DNA of 64,000 bases from Thermoplasmata archaeon. GTDB lineage: Archaea; Thermoplasmatota; Thermoplasmata; Lutacidiplasmatales; UBA184. Below are positions 18,328 through 29,200 of the stretch, in pieces; the first letter of the stretch is position 1, and the number at the start of each line of letters is the position of its first letter. A program made the position numbers and the translations under genes. Under the pieces are notes generated by a model that saw nothing but the letters and a program-made list of their open reading frames with translations, was not told the origin of the DNA and did no database searches. The stretch spans positions 67,015 to 131,014 of the forward strand of contig JAJYEA010000001.1 of NCBI GenBank assembly GCA_021790425.1, written 5' to 3'.

Positions 18328-20451
18328 ATGCCCGCGCGGGCGGCCGGAACGCTCGACACGCTCTTTGCGCCGACCTCCGTCGCGGTGATCGGGGCCTCCC
18401 GTCGCGAGGGGTCCGTCGGCCACACCCTCTTCCGCAACATCCTTTCGGCCGAGTACTCCGGGGTGGTCTATCCGGTGAACCGCCACTGGGAGAGCGTCGG
18501 CGGAGTGCGCTGCTACCCGTCGGTCGCGGAGCTGCCCCAGCCCCCCGAGCTCGCGGTGGTCATCGTCCCGGCGCCGGATGTGGCGTCGACGCTCCTGCAG
18601 CTCGCCCAGCGCGGGACCCGCAACGCCGTCATCGTCAGCTCCGGGTTCAAGGAGATCGGAGGGGACGGAATCCGGCGGGAGGAGGAGATCGTCCGCATCG
18701 CCACCCGGTACGGGATGCGGCTCGTCGGCCCGAACTGCTTCGGGGTGATCAACACCGCCCCGGGGGTACGGCTGAACGCCACGTTCTCGGACGTCCTCCC
18801 GCCGACGGGCTCGATCGCCTTCATCTCGCAGAGCGGGGCCCTCGGGCACGGCATCCTCCGCCACGCCCACGCCATGGGGATCGGGTTCACCAAGTTCGTC
18901 TCGGTGGGCAACCGTGCCGGGATCGACGAGACCGACCTGCTCCAGACCCTGGGGGAGGACGATTCCACCCGGGTCATCCTCCTCTACCTCGAGTCGCTGG
19001 CCAACGGCCGCCGGTTCCTGGAGGTCGCGCGCGAGGCGACGGCCCGGAAGCCCGTCCTGCTGATCAAGTCCGGGCGCACCGCGCTCGGGGAGCAGGCGGT
19101 GCGGAGCCACACCGGCAACCTCGCGCACGCGCACTCCGACCGGCTCTTCGACGCGGTCTTCGACGAGGCGGGAGTCCTCCGGGCCGGGAGCATCAGCGAG
19201 CTCTTCCAGATGGCGCGCATCTTCTCCGCGTCCCCGCTGCCCCGGGGAGGGCGCCTCGCCATCCTCACGAACTCCGGGGGACCGGGTATCCTGGCGGCCG
19301 ATGCGGCGGCCCGCGCGGCCCTCACGCTGCCGGAGCTCCCCGAGCGCACCCGACGCCGCCTGGCCCCCCAGCTCCCCCCCCATTCCTCGGTGCGGAACCC
19401 TCTCGACATCACGGCCGATGCCAAGTCGGCCTCCTACGCGGCCGCGCTCAAGGGGTTGCTCGGCGAGGACTCGATCGACAGCATCCTCCTGATCGCCACC
19501 CCGACCGGGGAGACCACGGGACGCGCCGTGGCCGAGACCGTCGTGAAGACGGCCGAGCGGCAGACGAAGCCCCTCGTGACCTGCCTCTTCGGGATCGGGG
19601 ACCTTTCCGAGGAGGTCAGCTACCTCGAGGCGCACGGCATCCCGAACTTCACCTTCCCCGAGGAGGCCGCGAGCGCGCTCGCCCACCTCGCCGCGTACGC
19701 CGAGATCCGGGCCCGGACCCCCGAGACTCCCACGCGCTTCCCCGTCCGCCGGTACCGGATCCGGGCCCCCACCGCCCGCGGGGGCCCGGGTGCACGGCCC
19801 GCGATGCCGGATGCGGAGGTCCGCCGACTGCTCGAGTCCTACGGGTTCGCCCTGCCCCCCTCCCGCACGATCCGGACGGAGGCCGAGGCGCTCGAGGCTG
19901 CCCAGGAGATCGGGTACCCCGTGGTCCTCAAGGCGGTCTCCCCGGACATCCTCCACAAGACGGACGTCGGGGCCGTGGCCCTCCACCTCGCGAACTGGAG
20001 CGACCTCGTGACCGCCCTGGGGGCGATGCGCGAACGTCTCCGCCGGGGGGCTCCCCGGGCCCGGATCGAGGGATTCCGGATCGAGAAGGAGATCCGGGGG
20101 GGGACCGAGGTCATCCTCGGGATCAAGCGCGACCCGGACTTCGGCCCGGTGCTCCTCTTCGGCCTCGGGGGGGTCTTCGTCGAAGCCCTCGAGGACGTGA
20201 ACTTCCGCCCTGCCCCCGTGACCCGGGCGTCCGTGAAGCGGCTCCTCGCCTCGGTGCGGGGGACGCGGCTGCTCGAGGGGATGCGCGGGGAGCCGCCCCG
20301 GGACCTCCCGGCCCTCGAGGAGGCGATCGCACGGCTCTCCCAGCTCGCGGTCGAGCAGGAGAGGATCGCGGAACTCGACATCAATCCGCTCCTCGTCCTG
20401 CCACGTGGCCAAGGGGTGTTCGCCGTCGACTGCCGGGTCATCACGACGTAG
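18328..20451 (+). CDS. acd: acetate--CoA ligase (ADP-forming), fused alpha/beta (NDP-forming acyl-CoA synthetase)
   Basis: N-terminal CoA-binding domain (VAVIGASRREGSVGHTLFRN), ligase-CoA domain, C-terminal ATP-grasp (GYPVVLKAVSPDILHKTDVGAV). ATG at 18328 (MPARAAGTLDTLF). Confidence 0.85.
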   Translation: MPARAAGTLDTLFAPTSVAVIGASRREGSVGHTLFRNILSAEYSGVVYPVNRHWESVGGVRCYPSVAELPQPPELAVVIVPAPDVASTLLQLAQRGTRNAVIVSSGFKEIGGDGIRREEEIVRIATRYGMRLVGPNCFGVINTAPGVRLNATFSDVLPPTGSIAFISQSGALGHGILRHAHAMGIGFTKFVSVGNRAGIDETDLLQTLGEDDSTRVILLYLESLANGRRFLEVAREATARKPVLLIKSGRTALGEQAVRSHTGNLAHAHSDRLFDAVFDEAGVLRAGSISELFQMARIFSASPLPRGGRLAILTNSGGPGILAADAAARAALTLPELPERTRRRLAPQLPPHSSVRNPLDITADAKSASYAAALKGLLGEDSIDSILLIATPTGETTGRAVAETVVKTAERQTKPLVTCLFGIGDLSEEVSYLEAHGIPNFTFPEEAASALAHLAAYAEIRARTPETPTRFPVRRYRIRAPTARGGPGARPAMPDAEVRRLLESYGFALPPSRTIRTEAEALEAAQEIGYPVVLKAVSPDILHKTDVGAVALHLANWSDLVTALGAMRERLRRGAPRARIEGFRIEKEIRGGTEVILGIKRDPDFGPVLLFGLGGVFVEALEDVNFRPAPVTRASVKRLLASVRGTRLLEGMRGEPPRDLPALEEAIARLSQLAVEQERIAELDINPLLVLPRGQGVFAVDCRVITT

Positions 20452-20540
20452 AGAGGGGGCGTTCCTCGCCGGAGGGAACCCCGAGGACTACGAATGGCTT
20501 ATACGGACATCCAGTCTGGTTGCGGAGGGTGAGGGGTCGC

Positions 20541-22298
20541 ATGCAAGATTTTTCTATTCGGGTGGGGGGAGCCGCCGGAGAGGGTATTGCCACACTGGGC
20601 GAGGGTTTTTGCCGGCTCTTTACGCGCAACGGCTACCACGCCTACGGTCACACCGCCTACCAGTCCGTCATCCGTGGCGGGCACGTCTGGTTCCACGCCC
20701 GCGGTAGCCCGGACCGGATCTGGTCCCTGGGGGACGGGACGGACGTGCTCTACGCCTTGGACCGCCAGACGGTCGACCTCCATGCCCACTCGCTCCGCGG
20801 AGGAGGCATCGTCATCTTCGACCCCGAGAAGTTCACCTTCCCCCCCGAGACGGTCCCGGCCGGGGCGAAGATCCTGCCGATCCCGACACTCGAGATCGCC
20901 CGGAAGTTCGCGAGCGATCCGATCCTTCAGGGCTCGGTGGGGATGGGGGCCGCGACGTACTTCTCCGGGTTGCCGCTGGAGACGCTGGACGCCATCCTGA
21001 CGGAGAATTTTGAGCGCAAGGGCGCGCAGGTCCTCCAACAGAACCTCCAGGCGGCCCACGCGGGATACGAGTTCGCGAAGGGAAAGTCCACCCCCCATCC
21101 CGCGGCGCTGGCCCCCCACCACGGGGAATCGAAGATGCTCCTCACCGGGAACCAGGCGATCGCGCTCGGGGCGGCCGCCGCCGGGTGCAAGCTGCTCTCG
21201 CAGTACCCCATGACACCGGCGACCTCGATCATGCACTGGATGGCCGACCATTCGGTGTCGCTCGGGATCGTCGTGAAGCAGATGGAGGACGAGCTCGGCG
21301 CGATCAATGCCGCCATCGGCGCCTCCCATGCCGGCGTGCGGTCCATGACGGCGTCGAGCGGCGGTGGGTTCTCCCTCATGGTCGAAGCGCTCGGTATGGC
21401 TGCGATGACCGAGACCCCCTTGGTGGTCGCGATCGCCCAGCGCTCGGGCCCGTCCACCGGCCTTCCCACCAAGACCGAGCAGGGGGACCTCAACCTCATG
21501 CTGGGGGCGGGCCAAGGCGAGTTCCCGCGCATCATCCTGGCCCCGGGCGGCGTCGTGGAGGCATACCGGCAGACCATGGACGCGTTCCGGCTGTCGGAGG
21601 ACTGGCAGGTCCCGGCCCTCGTGGCCTCCGACTTCACCCTCTCGGAGGACTTCCAGTCCGCCGACCGGAGCGACTTCGCGACCGACGTCGAACTCCCGTC
21701 CCTGTTCGCGGTCTCGCCCCCCTCCAACGGAAGCAGCTACAAGCGCTACGCGATCACCCCCACGGGGGTCTCTCCCCGGGCCATCCCCGGACAGAAGGGA
21801 CTGGCCTTCACCGCCGGGAGTGATGAGCACGACGAGGGGGGACGCCTGGTCTCGGACGTCCTCGTCGGCACCCCCGCCGCCATCCAGGTACGCAAGCAGA
21901 TGATGGAGAAGCGGATGCGCAAGCTCCACGGGATCGTGGCCGCCACTCCGCCCCCCCCGCTCGAGGGGTCGGCCCATGCGGACGTGACGATCATCGCCTG
22001 GGGCTCCACCGCCTGCCCTGTCCGGGACGCCCTGGGGCTCCTGGCCTCGGAAGGGATCTCGGCGAACCTTCTCTACGTCGCCCAGCCCTACCCGCTCCAC
22101 GCGAAGGAGGTCGCGAAGACCATCCTCACCGCCCGGCAGGTCCTGCTGGTCGAGGCGAACTACTCCGGGGAGCTCGGCCACCTCATCCGGGCCGAGACCG
22201 GGCTCGACATCCCCCACAAGCTCCTGAAGTACGACGGGGAGCCCTTCACCCCCCACGAGATCGTGGAGAAGGTGAAGGAGATCGCGAGGGTGAGGTGA
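20541..22298 (+). CDS. korA: 2-oxoacid:ferredoxin oxidoreductase alpha subunit (two-subunit OFOR; gamma-alpha fusion)
   Basis: N-terminal gamma-like domain (GGAAGEGIATLGE), then the alpha domain (GNQAIALGAAAAGCKLLSQYPMTPATSI). GGAGGGTGAGGGG Shine-Dalgarno site upstream of ATG 20541. Confidence 0.85.
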   Translation: MQDFSIRVGGAAGEGIATLGEGFCRLFTRNGYHAYGHTAYQSVIRGGHVWFHARGSPDRIWSLGDGTDVLYALDRQTVDLHAHSLRGGGIVIFDPEKFTFPPETVPAGAKILPIPTLEIARKFASDPILQGSVGMGAATYFSGLPLETLDAILTENFERKGAQVLQQNLQAAHAGYEFAKGKSTPHPAALAPHHGESKMLLTGNQAIALGAAAAGCKLLSQYPMTPATSIMHWMADHSVSLGIVVKQMEDELGAINAAIGASHAGVRSMTASSGGGFSLMVEALGMAAMTETPLVVAIAQRSGPSTGLPTKTEQGDLNLMLGAGQGEFPRIILAPGGVVEAYRQTMDAFRLSEDWQVPALVASDFTLSEDFQSADRSDFATDVELPSLFAVSPPSNGSSYKRYAITPTGVSPRAIPGQKGLAFTAGSDEHDEGGRLVSDVLVGTPAAIQVRKQMMEKRMRKLHGIVAATPPPPLEGSAHADVTIIAWGSTACPVRDALGLLASEGISANLLYVAQPYPLHAKEVAKTILTARQVLLVEANYSGELGHLIRAETGLDIPHKLLKYDGEPFTPHEIVEKVKEIARVR

Positions 22299-22302
22299 AA
22301 CC

Positions 22303-23205
22303 ATGTCGATCACGAACGAATCGCAGGTCAAGACGACGGGACAACTGCCGGTGATCACGGTCGGGAAGTCCGGGACGAAGCCGACGTGGTGCCCCGGGTG
22401 CGGGGACTACGGGGTCCTCGCCGGGGTCGAGCGCGCGGTGAAGATGCTCGACCTGCCCCCCCACGAGGTCCTGATCGTGAGCGGCATCGGGTGCTCCTCC
22501 AATCTCCCCCACTTCCTGAACTCCTACGGGTTCCACGCCATCCACGGGCGCGCGGTCGCGGTCGCCGAGGGGGCGAAGCTCGCCAACCATGGCCTCCACG
22601 TGATCGTCACGGGAGGGGACGGGGACGGCTACGGCATCGGGGTGGGGCACCTCATCCATGCCATGCGCCGGAACATCGACCTCACTTACGTGGTGATGAA
22701 CAACGAGATCTACGGGCTCACCACGGGCCAGGCGTCCCCCACGAGCCTGATGGGGGCCAAGACCAAGAGCACCCCCCTCGGGGTCATCGAGCAGCCGATC
22801 AACCCCATCGCGCTCGCCCTCTCCTCAGGCGCGACCTACGTGGCCCGGGCCTTCTCGGGCGACGTGAAGCACATGGGGGACATGATCGCCGGCGGGATCC
22901 GGCACAAGGGGTTCTCGCTGATCGACGTGCTCTCCCCCTGCGTGACCTACAACCACCTCAACTCCTACGACTACTTCCGGCAGCGCGTCTACAAGCTCGA
23001 GAACTCGGGCCACGACCCATCCCAGCTCATGAAGGCCTACGAGAAGTCCTTCGAGTGGGAGCCCCGGGTCCCGACGGGACTCTTCTACCAGGTGTCGAAG
23101 CCGACCTACGAGGACCTAGAGCCGGCGCTCAAGGCGGGGCCGCTGGCCCACCAGCCGGTGACGGGTCTGAAGGGGAAACGCGATCTCCTCGAGGAGTTCG
23201 TCTAG
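22303..23205 (+). CDS. korB: 2-oxoacid:ferredoxin oxidoreductase beta subunit (TPP-binding)
   Basis: CPGCGDYG Fe-S motif and GGDGDGYGIG TPP motif. Start lies 5 nt after the korA stop, with an RBS. Confidence 0.9.
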   Translation: MSITNESQVKTTGQLPVITVGKSGTKPTWCPGCGDYGVLAGVERAVKMLDLPPHEVLIVSGIGCSSNLPHFLNSYGFHAIHGRAVAVAEGAKLANHGLHVIVTGGDGDGYGIGVGHLIHAMRRNIDLTYVVMNNEIYGLTTGQASPTSLMGAKTKSTPLGVIEQPINPIALALSSGATYVARAFSGDVKHMGDMIAGGIRHKGFSLIDVLSPCVTYNHLNSYDYFRQRVYKLENSGHDPSQLMKAYEKSFEWEPRVPTGLFYQVSKPTYEDLEPALKAGPLAHQPVTGLKGKRDLLEEFV

Positions 23206-23439
23206 CCTCGCGCACGTGCTCCACGAGCAGGAGCACCACCCCTCCGGCGAGCAGGAAGAAGACGAAGGTCGCGAGCGTATTCGCCGTGCCGGTGGCCCCG
23301 GCCGCGTCCACGCCGGCGGCGACCACGAGCAGGATGAGGGCGGCCGCCACCAGGTAGCGAGCGTCCAGCTTGGTCCACACCGAGAAGACCATGTAGGCGA
23401 GCAGGAGGACGATGAAGAGGTCGGTAGGATCGATCGCCA
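23129..23439 (-). CDS. small hypothetical membrane protein (2 TM); 3' end antisense-overlaps korB
   Basis: MAIDPTDLFIVLLLAYMVFSVW... has high GC3 across the hydrophobic part. GC3 drops in the last ~25 codons, which overlap the korB 3' end. Confidence 0.35.
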
Positions 23440-23483
23440 TGCGGTGCGATGTCCCCAAATACCCGCCGACTTTAAAGGCGCGC

Positions 23484-23568
23484 GCTGGCGTAGCCAAGTC
23501 TGGTCAACGGCAACGGACTCAAGATCCGTTCTCGCAGGAGTTCCCAGGTTCAAATCCTGGCGCCAGCA
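23484..23568 (+). tRNA. tRNA-Leu (anticodon CAA), class II with long variable arm
   Basis: Hand-folded cloverleaf. Acceptor GCTGGCG/CGCCAGC, U8, A14, G18G19. Anticodon stem ACGGA/TCCGT with loop CTCAAGA (U33, G37). 14-nt variable arm. T arm CCAGG-TTCAAAT-CCTGG. Discriminator A. No encoded CCA. Confidence 0.8.
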
Positions 23569-23683
23569 TATCCGACGAACCCGGGATTTCTCGCGACACG
23601 TTCAACCGTTCTGCGGGAGCCGGTCTCCGCCGGGGCGGGCGCAAATGGGTCCCTGAAGATTGATCGGGCCTTGGCCGATCCCG

Positions 23684-24148
23684 TCAGTGGTGCGGGGTGG
23701 CCCGGTTCGCTCCGTAGAGAACCATGAACAGCCCGAAGAAGAGCCCGGCCAGGTAGTAACTCAGTATCGCTCCCTGATGCCACTGCAAGAGGGTCAGGGT
23801 ACAGGAGCAGGCACCCCCTGGGGCCACGGTGCAGGTGCAGGCGATCGTCTGAAGGTCGCGGCCTAGCAGTGCGAACTCCCCCGACAGGTAGGCCGAAACG
23901 ATCGAGCCCAGGAACAAGGCGGTGTTCGACACCCTTGGCGACGTCGCCCACAGAGGCTCTCGGGACGCTATCGAGATGAGGATGACGAGGCACAGGGCAG
24001 CAAACAGCAGAACGATGAGATACACGGACCCCCCGAGCATCAATCCTGTCAACGAGAGGTAACCCCCACTGAAGAGACCCAAGATTATCAGCAGGACGAG
24101 GGGGACCGACAAGATCCACCCGACGAAAACCCAAGAAAGTAGCTTCAT
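23684..24148 (-). CDS. hypothetical membrane protein with a CxC-x7-CxC motif
   Basis: 154 aa with 4 hydrophobic helices. Extramembrane segment IACTCTVAPGGACSCTLT. ATG at 24148. Confidence 0.5.
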   Translation of the reverse strand: MKLLSWVFVGWILSVPLVLLIILGLFSGGYLSLTGLMLGGSVYLIVLLFAALCLVILISIASREPLWATSPRVSNTALFLGSIVSAYLSGEFALLGRDLQTIACTCTVAPGGACSCTLTLLQWHQGAILSYYLAGLFFGLFMVLYGANRATPHH

Positions 24149-24442
24149 CTCTACCTGCGCGATAAACTAAGGACGGTGCGAAGGTCGCGGCAGCTAATAC
24201 ATCTTGTGGCTTCGCAACTCGAACCGTGGATACAACACCGTTCCTAGAGCGTCTTGTTAGACGCAAGGGAGCGGTCCCTGACCAGAAGGCATGTCTGCGG
24301 CATGGCCGGGGCAGCTAGACCGACAACGACAGAGGGCACCCCCATGAGTCGGACGGAACCGCTCGCGACCGGGTCGAAAGGGCAGTGCCCGGATTCTGCC
24401 GCTCCGGTAGTGAGATTAAGGACACCGGCCTCCGTGCGACCG

Positions 24443-25171
24443 ATGGAAGGATCCTCCCCCCGCATTCGCAGGGACGGCGCCCGGAGGTTCGATGCGGTGC
24501 TCTTCGACCTCTACGGGACGCTGATCTCCTCCGGGGACAAGACGAGGAGGAGGGGCCACTTCCAAGCCATGGCCCGTGAACTCGGCGTGGACCCTGGTGG
24601 TTTCACCGAGGGGTTCTTCGACACCTTCGACCTGAGGGTGAGGGGCCAGCACGGGTCGCTCGAGGATTCGATCCGGAAGGTCGCCAACTCGCTGGGAGGT
24701 TCCCCCACGGAAGCCCAGGTCCTACGGGCCGTGGAGATACGCATGGAGTACTCGGCCCAGCTCATGGGCACATGCACCGCTAGCTTGCCCGCCCTCGACG
24801 CGCTTCGCTCGGCAGGACTGCGCCTCGCCGTGGTCAGCGACTGCTCGGACGAGACGCCCCGTCAGTGGGCAAACTTCCCCTTGGCCACGCGCTTCGAGGC
24901 GGCCATCTTCTCCTGCCGAGTGGGTCTCCGCAAACCGGACCCCCGGATCTACACCCTGGCCCTGGAGGCCCTCGGGCTTCCCGCCTCCCGATGCGCCTTC
25001 GTGGGCGACGGAGGCAGCCATGAGCTTACGGGAGCCCGAGAGGTGGGGCTCGGCGCCTTCCTCTACCGGTTCCCCGAGGATACCGCGGTGGAGGCATTCC
25101 GGGTGGACGGAGACACCCAGTGGTCGGGTTCGCAGCTCACCGACCTGAGCGAACTGCTTTCGTCCGGGTAA
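24443..25171 (+). CDS. HAD-superfamily hydrolase (subfamily IA-like)
   Basis: Motif I FDLYGTL, motif III K in RVGLRKPDP, motif IV FVGDGGSHE. ATG at 24443 with an AT-rich box ~28 nt upstream. The track's start at 24254 is an extension. Confidence 0.75.
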   Translation: MEGSSPRIRRDGARRFDAVLFDLYGTLISSGDKTRRRGHFQAMARELGVDPGGFTEGFFDTFDLRVRGQHGSLEDSIRKVANSLGGSPTEAQVLRAVEIRMEYSAQLMGTCTASLPALDALRSAGLRLAVVSDCSDETPRQWANFPLATRFEAAIFSCRVGLRKPDPRIYTLALEALGLPASRCAFVGDGGSHELTGAREVGLGAFLYRFPEDTAVEAFRVDGDTQWSGSQLTDLSELLSSG

Positions 25172-25291
25172 AGTCGTGCCCTCCCCTCGAGGACTGTGGG
25201 CGATTCGGGGGCGGACCACGCGCGGGGGTAACAGATACGACCCTGACGGTCCAACCTGTTGATTGATAGCTCACGGGTGCTTGTCGGACCA

Positions 25292-26080
25292 ATGCCTCAA
25301 TACCTCTCCCCTGCGTTCGCGCGCAGGCTCCTCAGGGACTGGGAAGCCATCCAGTCGAGACACAGCCAGGACCGCCTGGCCCGAATCGACCTGATGATCG
25401 ATGTCCTCGATGCAACGATGCCAGCCCCTTTCACGGTCCTTGACCTCGGGTCAGGTCCTGGATCCATCACCCGACGGATCTTGGAACGCATTCCACGGGC
25501 ACGGGTCATCGCCGTGGACGTGCATCCTTCCTTTGTTCTCATCGGCGGACGTGCCCTCGAGGACTACCAGGACCGGTGCCGTTGGGTGAGGACGAACTTC
25601 CGCAAGCGGGACTGGGATGGCGACCTTCCGAAGAGAGGAATCGATGGGGTCTTCAGTCACACCGCCCTTCATGGGTTGCGCCCGGACGAACTCGGGCACC
25701 TCTACCAAACCCTTGCGCGCCACCTGCGTCGAGGAGGGGTGTTCCTGAACGGGGATGGCGTTCCCTGGAGCGGTCGACAGAAGCCCCTGAAGGACCTGTC
25801 GGGCGCCGTTCGGGAGATTCGAACGAAACGAGGAGCCCGGGGTAGCCAGCAGGAATTCTCGGAGGGTTTCGCCAAATGGTGGGCTCGCGCGCGCACGGTC
25901 GATGAACTCCGTCGGTCGATCGAACAGTGGGATGCGGAGGCTCGGAAGGAGTACGGCAAACCCGTGCAGGAGAAGGCGGATCTCGAGACCCACCTGAAGT
26001 TGCTTCACCTGGCGGGGTTCCGAGAGGCGACGGTCGTGTGGCAGAACCTCGACGTACGGGTCGTTCTCGCGGTCAAGTAG
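25292..26080 (+). CDS. class I SAM-dependent methyltransferase
   Basis: Motif I VLDLGSGPGSIT, then acidic D in IAVDVH. ATG at 25292 with an AT-rich box ~28 nt upstream. Confidence 0.7.
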   Translation: MPQYLSPAFARRLLRDWEAIQSRHSQDRLARIDLMIDVLDATMPAPFTVLDLGSGPGSITRRILERIPRARVIAVDVHPSFVLIGGRALEDYQDRCRWVRTNFRKRDWDGDLPKRGIDGVFSHTALHGLRPDELGHLYQTLARHLRRGGVFLNGDGVPWSGRQKPLKDLSGAVREIRTKRGARGSQQEFSEGFAKWWARARTVDELRRSIEQWDAEARKEYGKPVQEKADLETHLKLLHLAGFREATVVWQNLDVRVVLAVK

Positions 26081-26206
26081 CGCATTGCTGAATGCTGAGG
26101 GCCCCCTTCGAAAGGAGCGGGAAGGACATGGGTTCCGGTAGCGGACTGGCGCGGCCGGTCGCACTCCGCCAACAAGCCGCTATGGGTATGATGGATGGTG
26201 AGGCGA

Positions 26207-29200
26207 TTATTCGCGCTCCGAGTAGGGTGGGTGCCCTTGGTCGCGTGCGGGTGGGGGAGTGCTCTCAGCCTTCCTCCTTCGCAGAATTCCGGCGGCAACA
26301 GCGACCACTATGAACGCTACAATCGCCCCCAGCAGGACGTAGCCGAGGTATCCCGGTAGTCCCAGAAAAGTAGGGGAGCCGGTGTTGGTCCCCGGGCTGG
26401 GGGAAACCTTCGTGAAACCGATGGATCGGGTAACGTTCGCTCCCTCGACCAAGACAGCCCCCGAGGACGTGCTTGCCGAGTATCCTGGGACGGACCCCAC
26501 GCTAAAGGAATAGCCCGTAGTGTTGTTGAGCAGCTTCCCAAAGGCGATGGTCGGAGTGATCGAAGATCGGTTGGAACCATTGAGGGTCACGGACCAGGAA
26601 GTTCCAGCGAGGAGCCCCGATTCGGTGAAGGTGACAGTAAACGTAGGCGGAGTGGCAGCCGTCTTCGTAAAGGTGATGACTCGGAGCACATTGGCTCCAT
26701 CAACCACCACGGACCCGGAGGGAGGGTTGGCGGAGTAACCGAACACCGCTCCGACCGAGAAGAGGTATCCCGCAGTGTTGTTGGTCATGTTGGGGAATGC
26801 AATGCCCGATTGGACGGTGGAACTGTTCGTGCCGTTGAAAGTCACGGACCAGGGCGTCCCGGATGGCAATCCTGACCCTTGGAAGGTCACCGTATAGCTC
26901 GACGTGGAGGATGTCCTGGTGAAGGAGATGGCTTCTGTCACATTCCCACCGTTTACGGTGATGTTTCCTGACGAGGGAGTGGTGACGAAACTGGCTATGC
27001 CTCCAGCAGTAAACGGGTAGGTTCCGTTCGATTCCGTGAAGGTGATGGTCGAGGTGTTCGAACTCCCCAGACGGCCACTCAGAGTCACGTTCCAATTAGT
27101 ACCCCCTGTAAGACCCGTCTCAGTGAACGTAACACGGTACTTCGGAGCCGGGGCACCTGCCGCCACGATAGAAACCGTTCCCTGTCGCTCATTGCTGACG
27201 TAAACACAGCCGTTTGCGTCATCATATGCCGCCCCGACAGGGCCGGACCCAACGGGAAGCGCCGCTACTACGTGGTTGGTCACGTCCGAGATGACGCTCA
27301 CATTGTTCGAGTCCCAGTTTGTGACAAACATCTCATCGGTGTTGCCACCATAGGCCACCCACTGAGGGTCAGAACCCACGGGGACCGTGGTGACCACCGT
27401 GTCAGTCACGTCCGAGATGACGCTCACGTCGTTCGAGCCAGCGTTCGCGACGAACACCTCGTCTTTCCCGCTGTCGATTGCCAAAGCATCTGGGCTAACA
27501 CCAACGTTGACCCAGCCCACGATGGCGTTGCTGGTATCCGAAATTATGCTCACGTTATCCGAGTAGTAGTTTGCCACAAACACCTCTCCCCGTTGGGCGT
27601 CGTAGGCTACGCTCCAGGCGTCGAACATTCCGCCCGGAGAGATTGTAGCCACCACTTTGTTGCTCGAATCTGACACCACACTCACAAAGTTCTGTCCAGC
27701 GACGAAGATCTCGCCTTTTCCCTGGTCATAGGCCAAGCCGATGGGGTTTCCCACCCCGTGAATTGTGGCGATCACGGTGTTGTTGGTTTCCGAAATCACG
27801 CTAAGGGTCCCCGAAGCGTCGTTGGCGACAAAGACCTCGTGCTTGCCACTGTCGTAGATCAAGCCCCAGGGGTTTGGTTCGACGGGCACGGTGGCGATAG
27901 CGGTGTCGCTCGCGTCCGAGATTACACTGACGTTGTTCGAAACCGACTCCGTGAGAAAGACCTCGCCAATCCCACTGTCGTCATACGCGACCCCGAAGGG
28001 AGATACCCCCACGGTGATGGTGGCCACCACTGCGTTGCTCGCATCCGAGATCACACTTACGTTCTCTGAATTACTCTTCGTGACAAAAAGATCCCCCTTG
28101 GCACTGTCATACGCCACGCCGACGGGACTCATCCCCACGGCAACGTTGGCGACCAAAGTGTCGTTCGCGTCCGAGATCACACTTAGGGTGCCCGAGAGCC
28201 AGTTTGCTACGGCGACCTCACCCGTCCCGTTGTCGTAGGCCACTCCGTCGGGGCTGCTTCCCACGCGGATCGTAGCCACCACCGTATTGTTAGCATCCGA
28301 AATCACATCCGCGTTGGTTGAATACTCGTTTGCGACGAAAACCTCGCCCTTCCCGCCATCGTAGGCCAGACCCGCAGGTCCAGACCCCACGGCGATGGTC
28401 GCCCTCACCGTGTCGTTGTTCGCCGAGATCACACTCACATTGTCCGAGTTCGTGTTCGAAACAAAAACCTCACCCCTGGCGCTGTCATACGCAGCTCCAT
28501 CAGGGTTTGTGCCCACATTGACAGTGGCGACCACCTTGTTGCTGCTGACGGAGATCACGCTCACGTTGTTCGAGTTGTAGTTTGCGACAAAGACCTCACC
28601 CATCGCGGCATCATACGCTAGCGCGAGTGGTCCTGACCCGACGGGGACGGTCGAGACCACGGAGTTGTTCCCATCGGAAACCACGCTCACCGTGTTCGAG
28701 GCTTGGTTTGCAACGAAGATCTCACCCACCCCGCTGTCATACGCCAACGCGTAGGGGTCTGAGCCTACGGTGACATTCGCGACCAACCGGTCGCTCACGT
28801 CTGAAATCACGCCTACGGAGTTCACATTGCCTGCGACAAAGAGTTCCCCCTTCCCGCTGTCATACACTACACCCCCAGGGTCCCAGCCATTTGCAGCGAG
28901 AAAGTTGCCGGGGACCAGTGTGTTGTTGGCGAGGACCAGCGTGTCCTTCACGTACGGAAGTACGGAGGTGTGGTGGGTCGGAGACAGTCGATGTTCTACG
29001 CCTTGCGATGGGGTAGCATCAATGCTTCTCGTGGGAGACATGGCCACGGCATCCCTGACTTGACCCAACGCCGTGAGGTGGGGGGGACGAACCTGGATAG
29101 CTATCGACGGCCCCGGCAGGATTGCCAGAACGACAATCGCCGTCACAATCAACAGATTGAACGGCCTGCGCGGTGACCGTGCCACATGGCAAGGGAACGG

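Noticed and set aside
18298-22358. Minus-strand ORFs 18298-20412 (704 aa) and 20499-22358 (619 aa)
   Set aside because: Antisense to the ADP-forming ACS and korA. R/G/D/E-rich junk frames with no domain signatures.
23469-23476. TTTAAA hexamer just upstream of tRNA-Leu as its promoter
   Set aside because: Centred only ~11 nt before the mature tRNA 5' end, so the predicted TSS (~25 nt downstream) would fall inside the tRNA. The promoter is probably further upstream, or processing is atypical. Not called.
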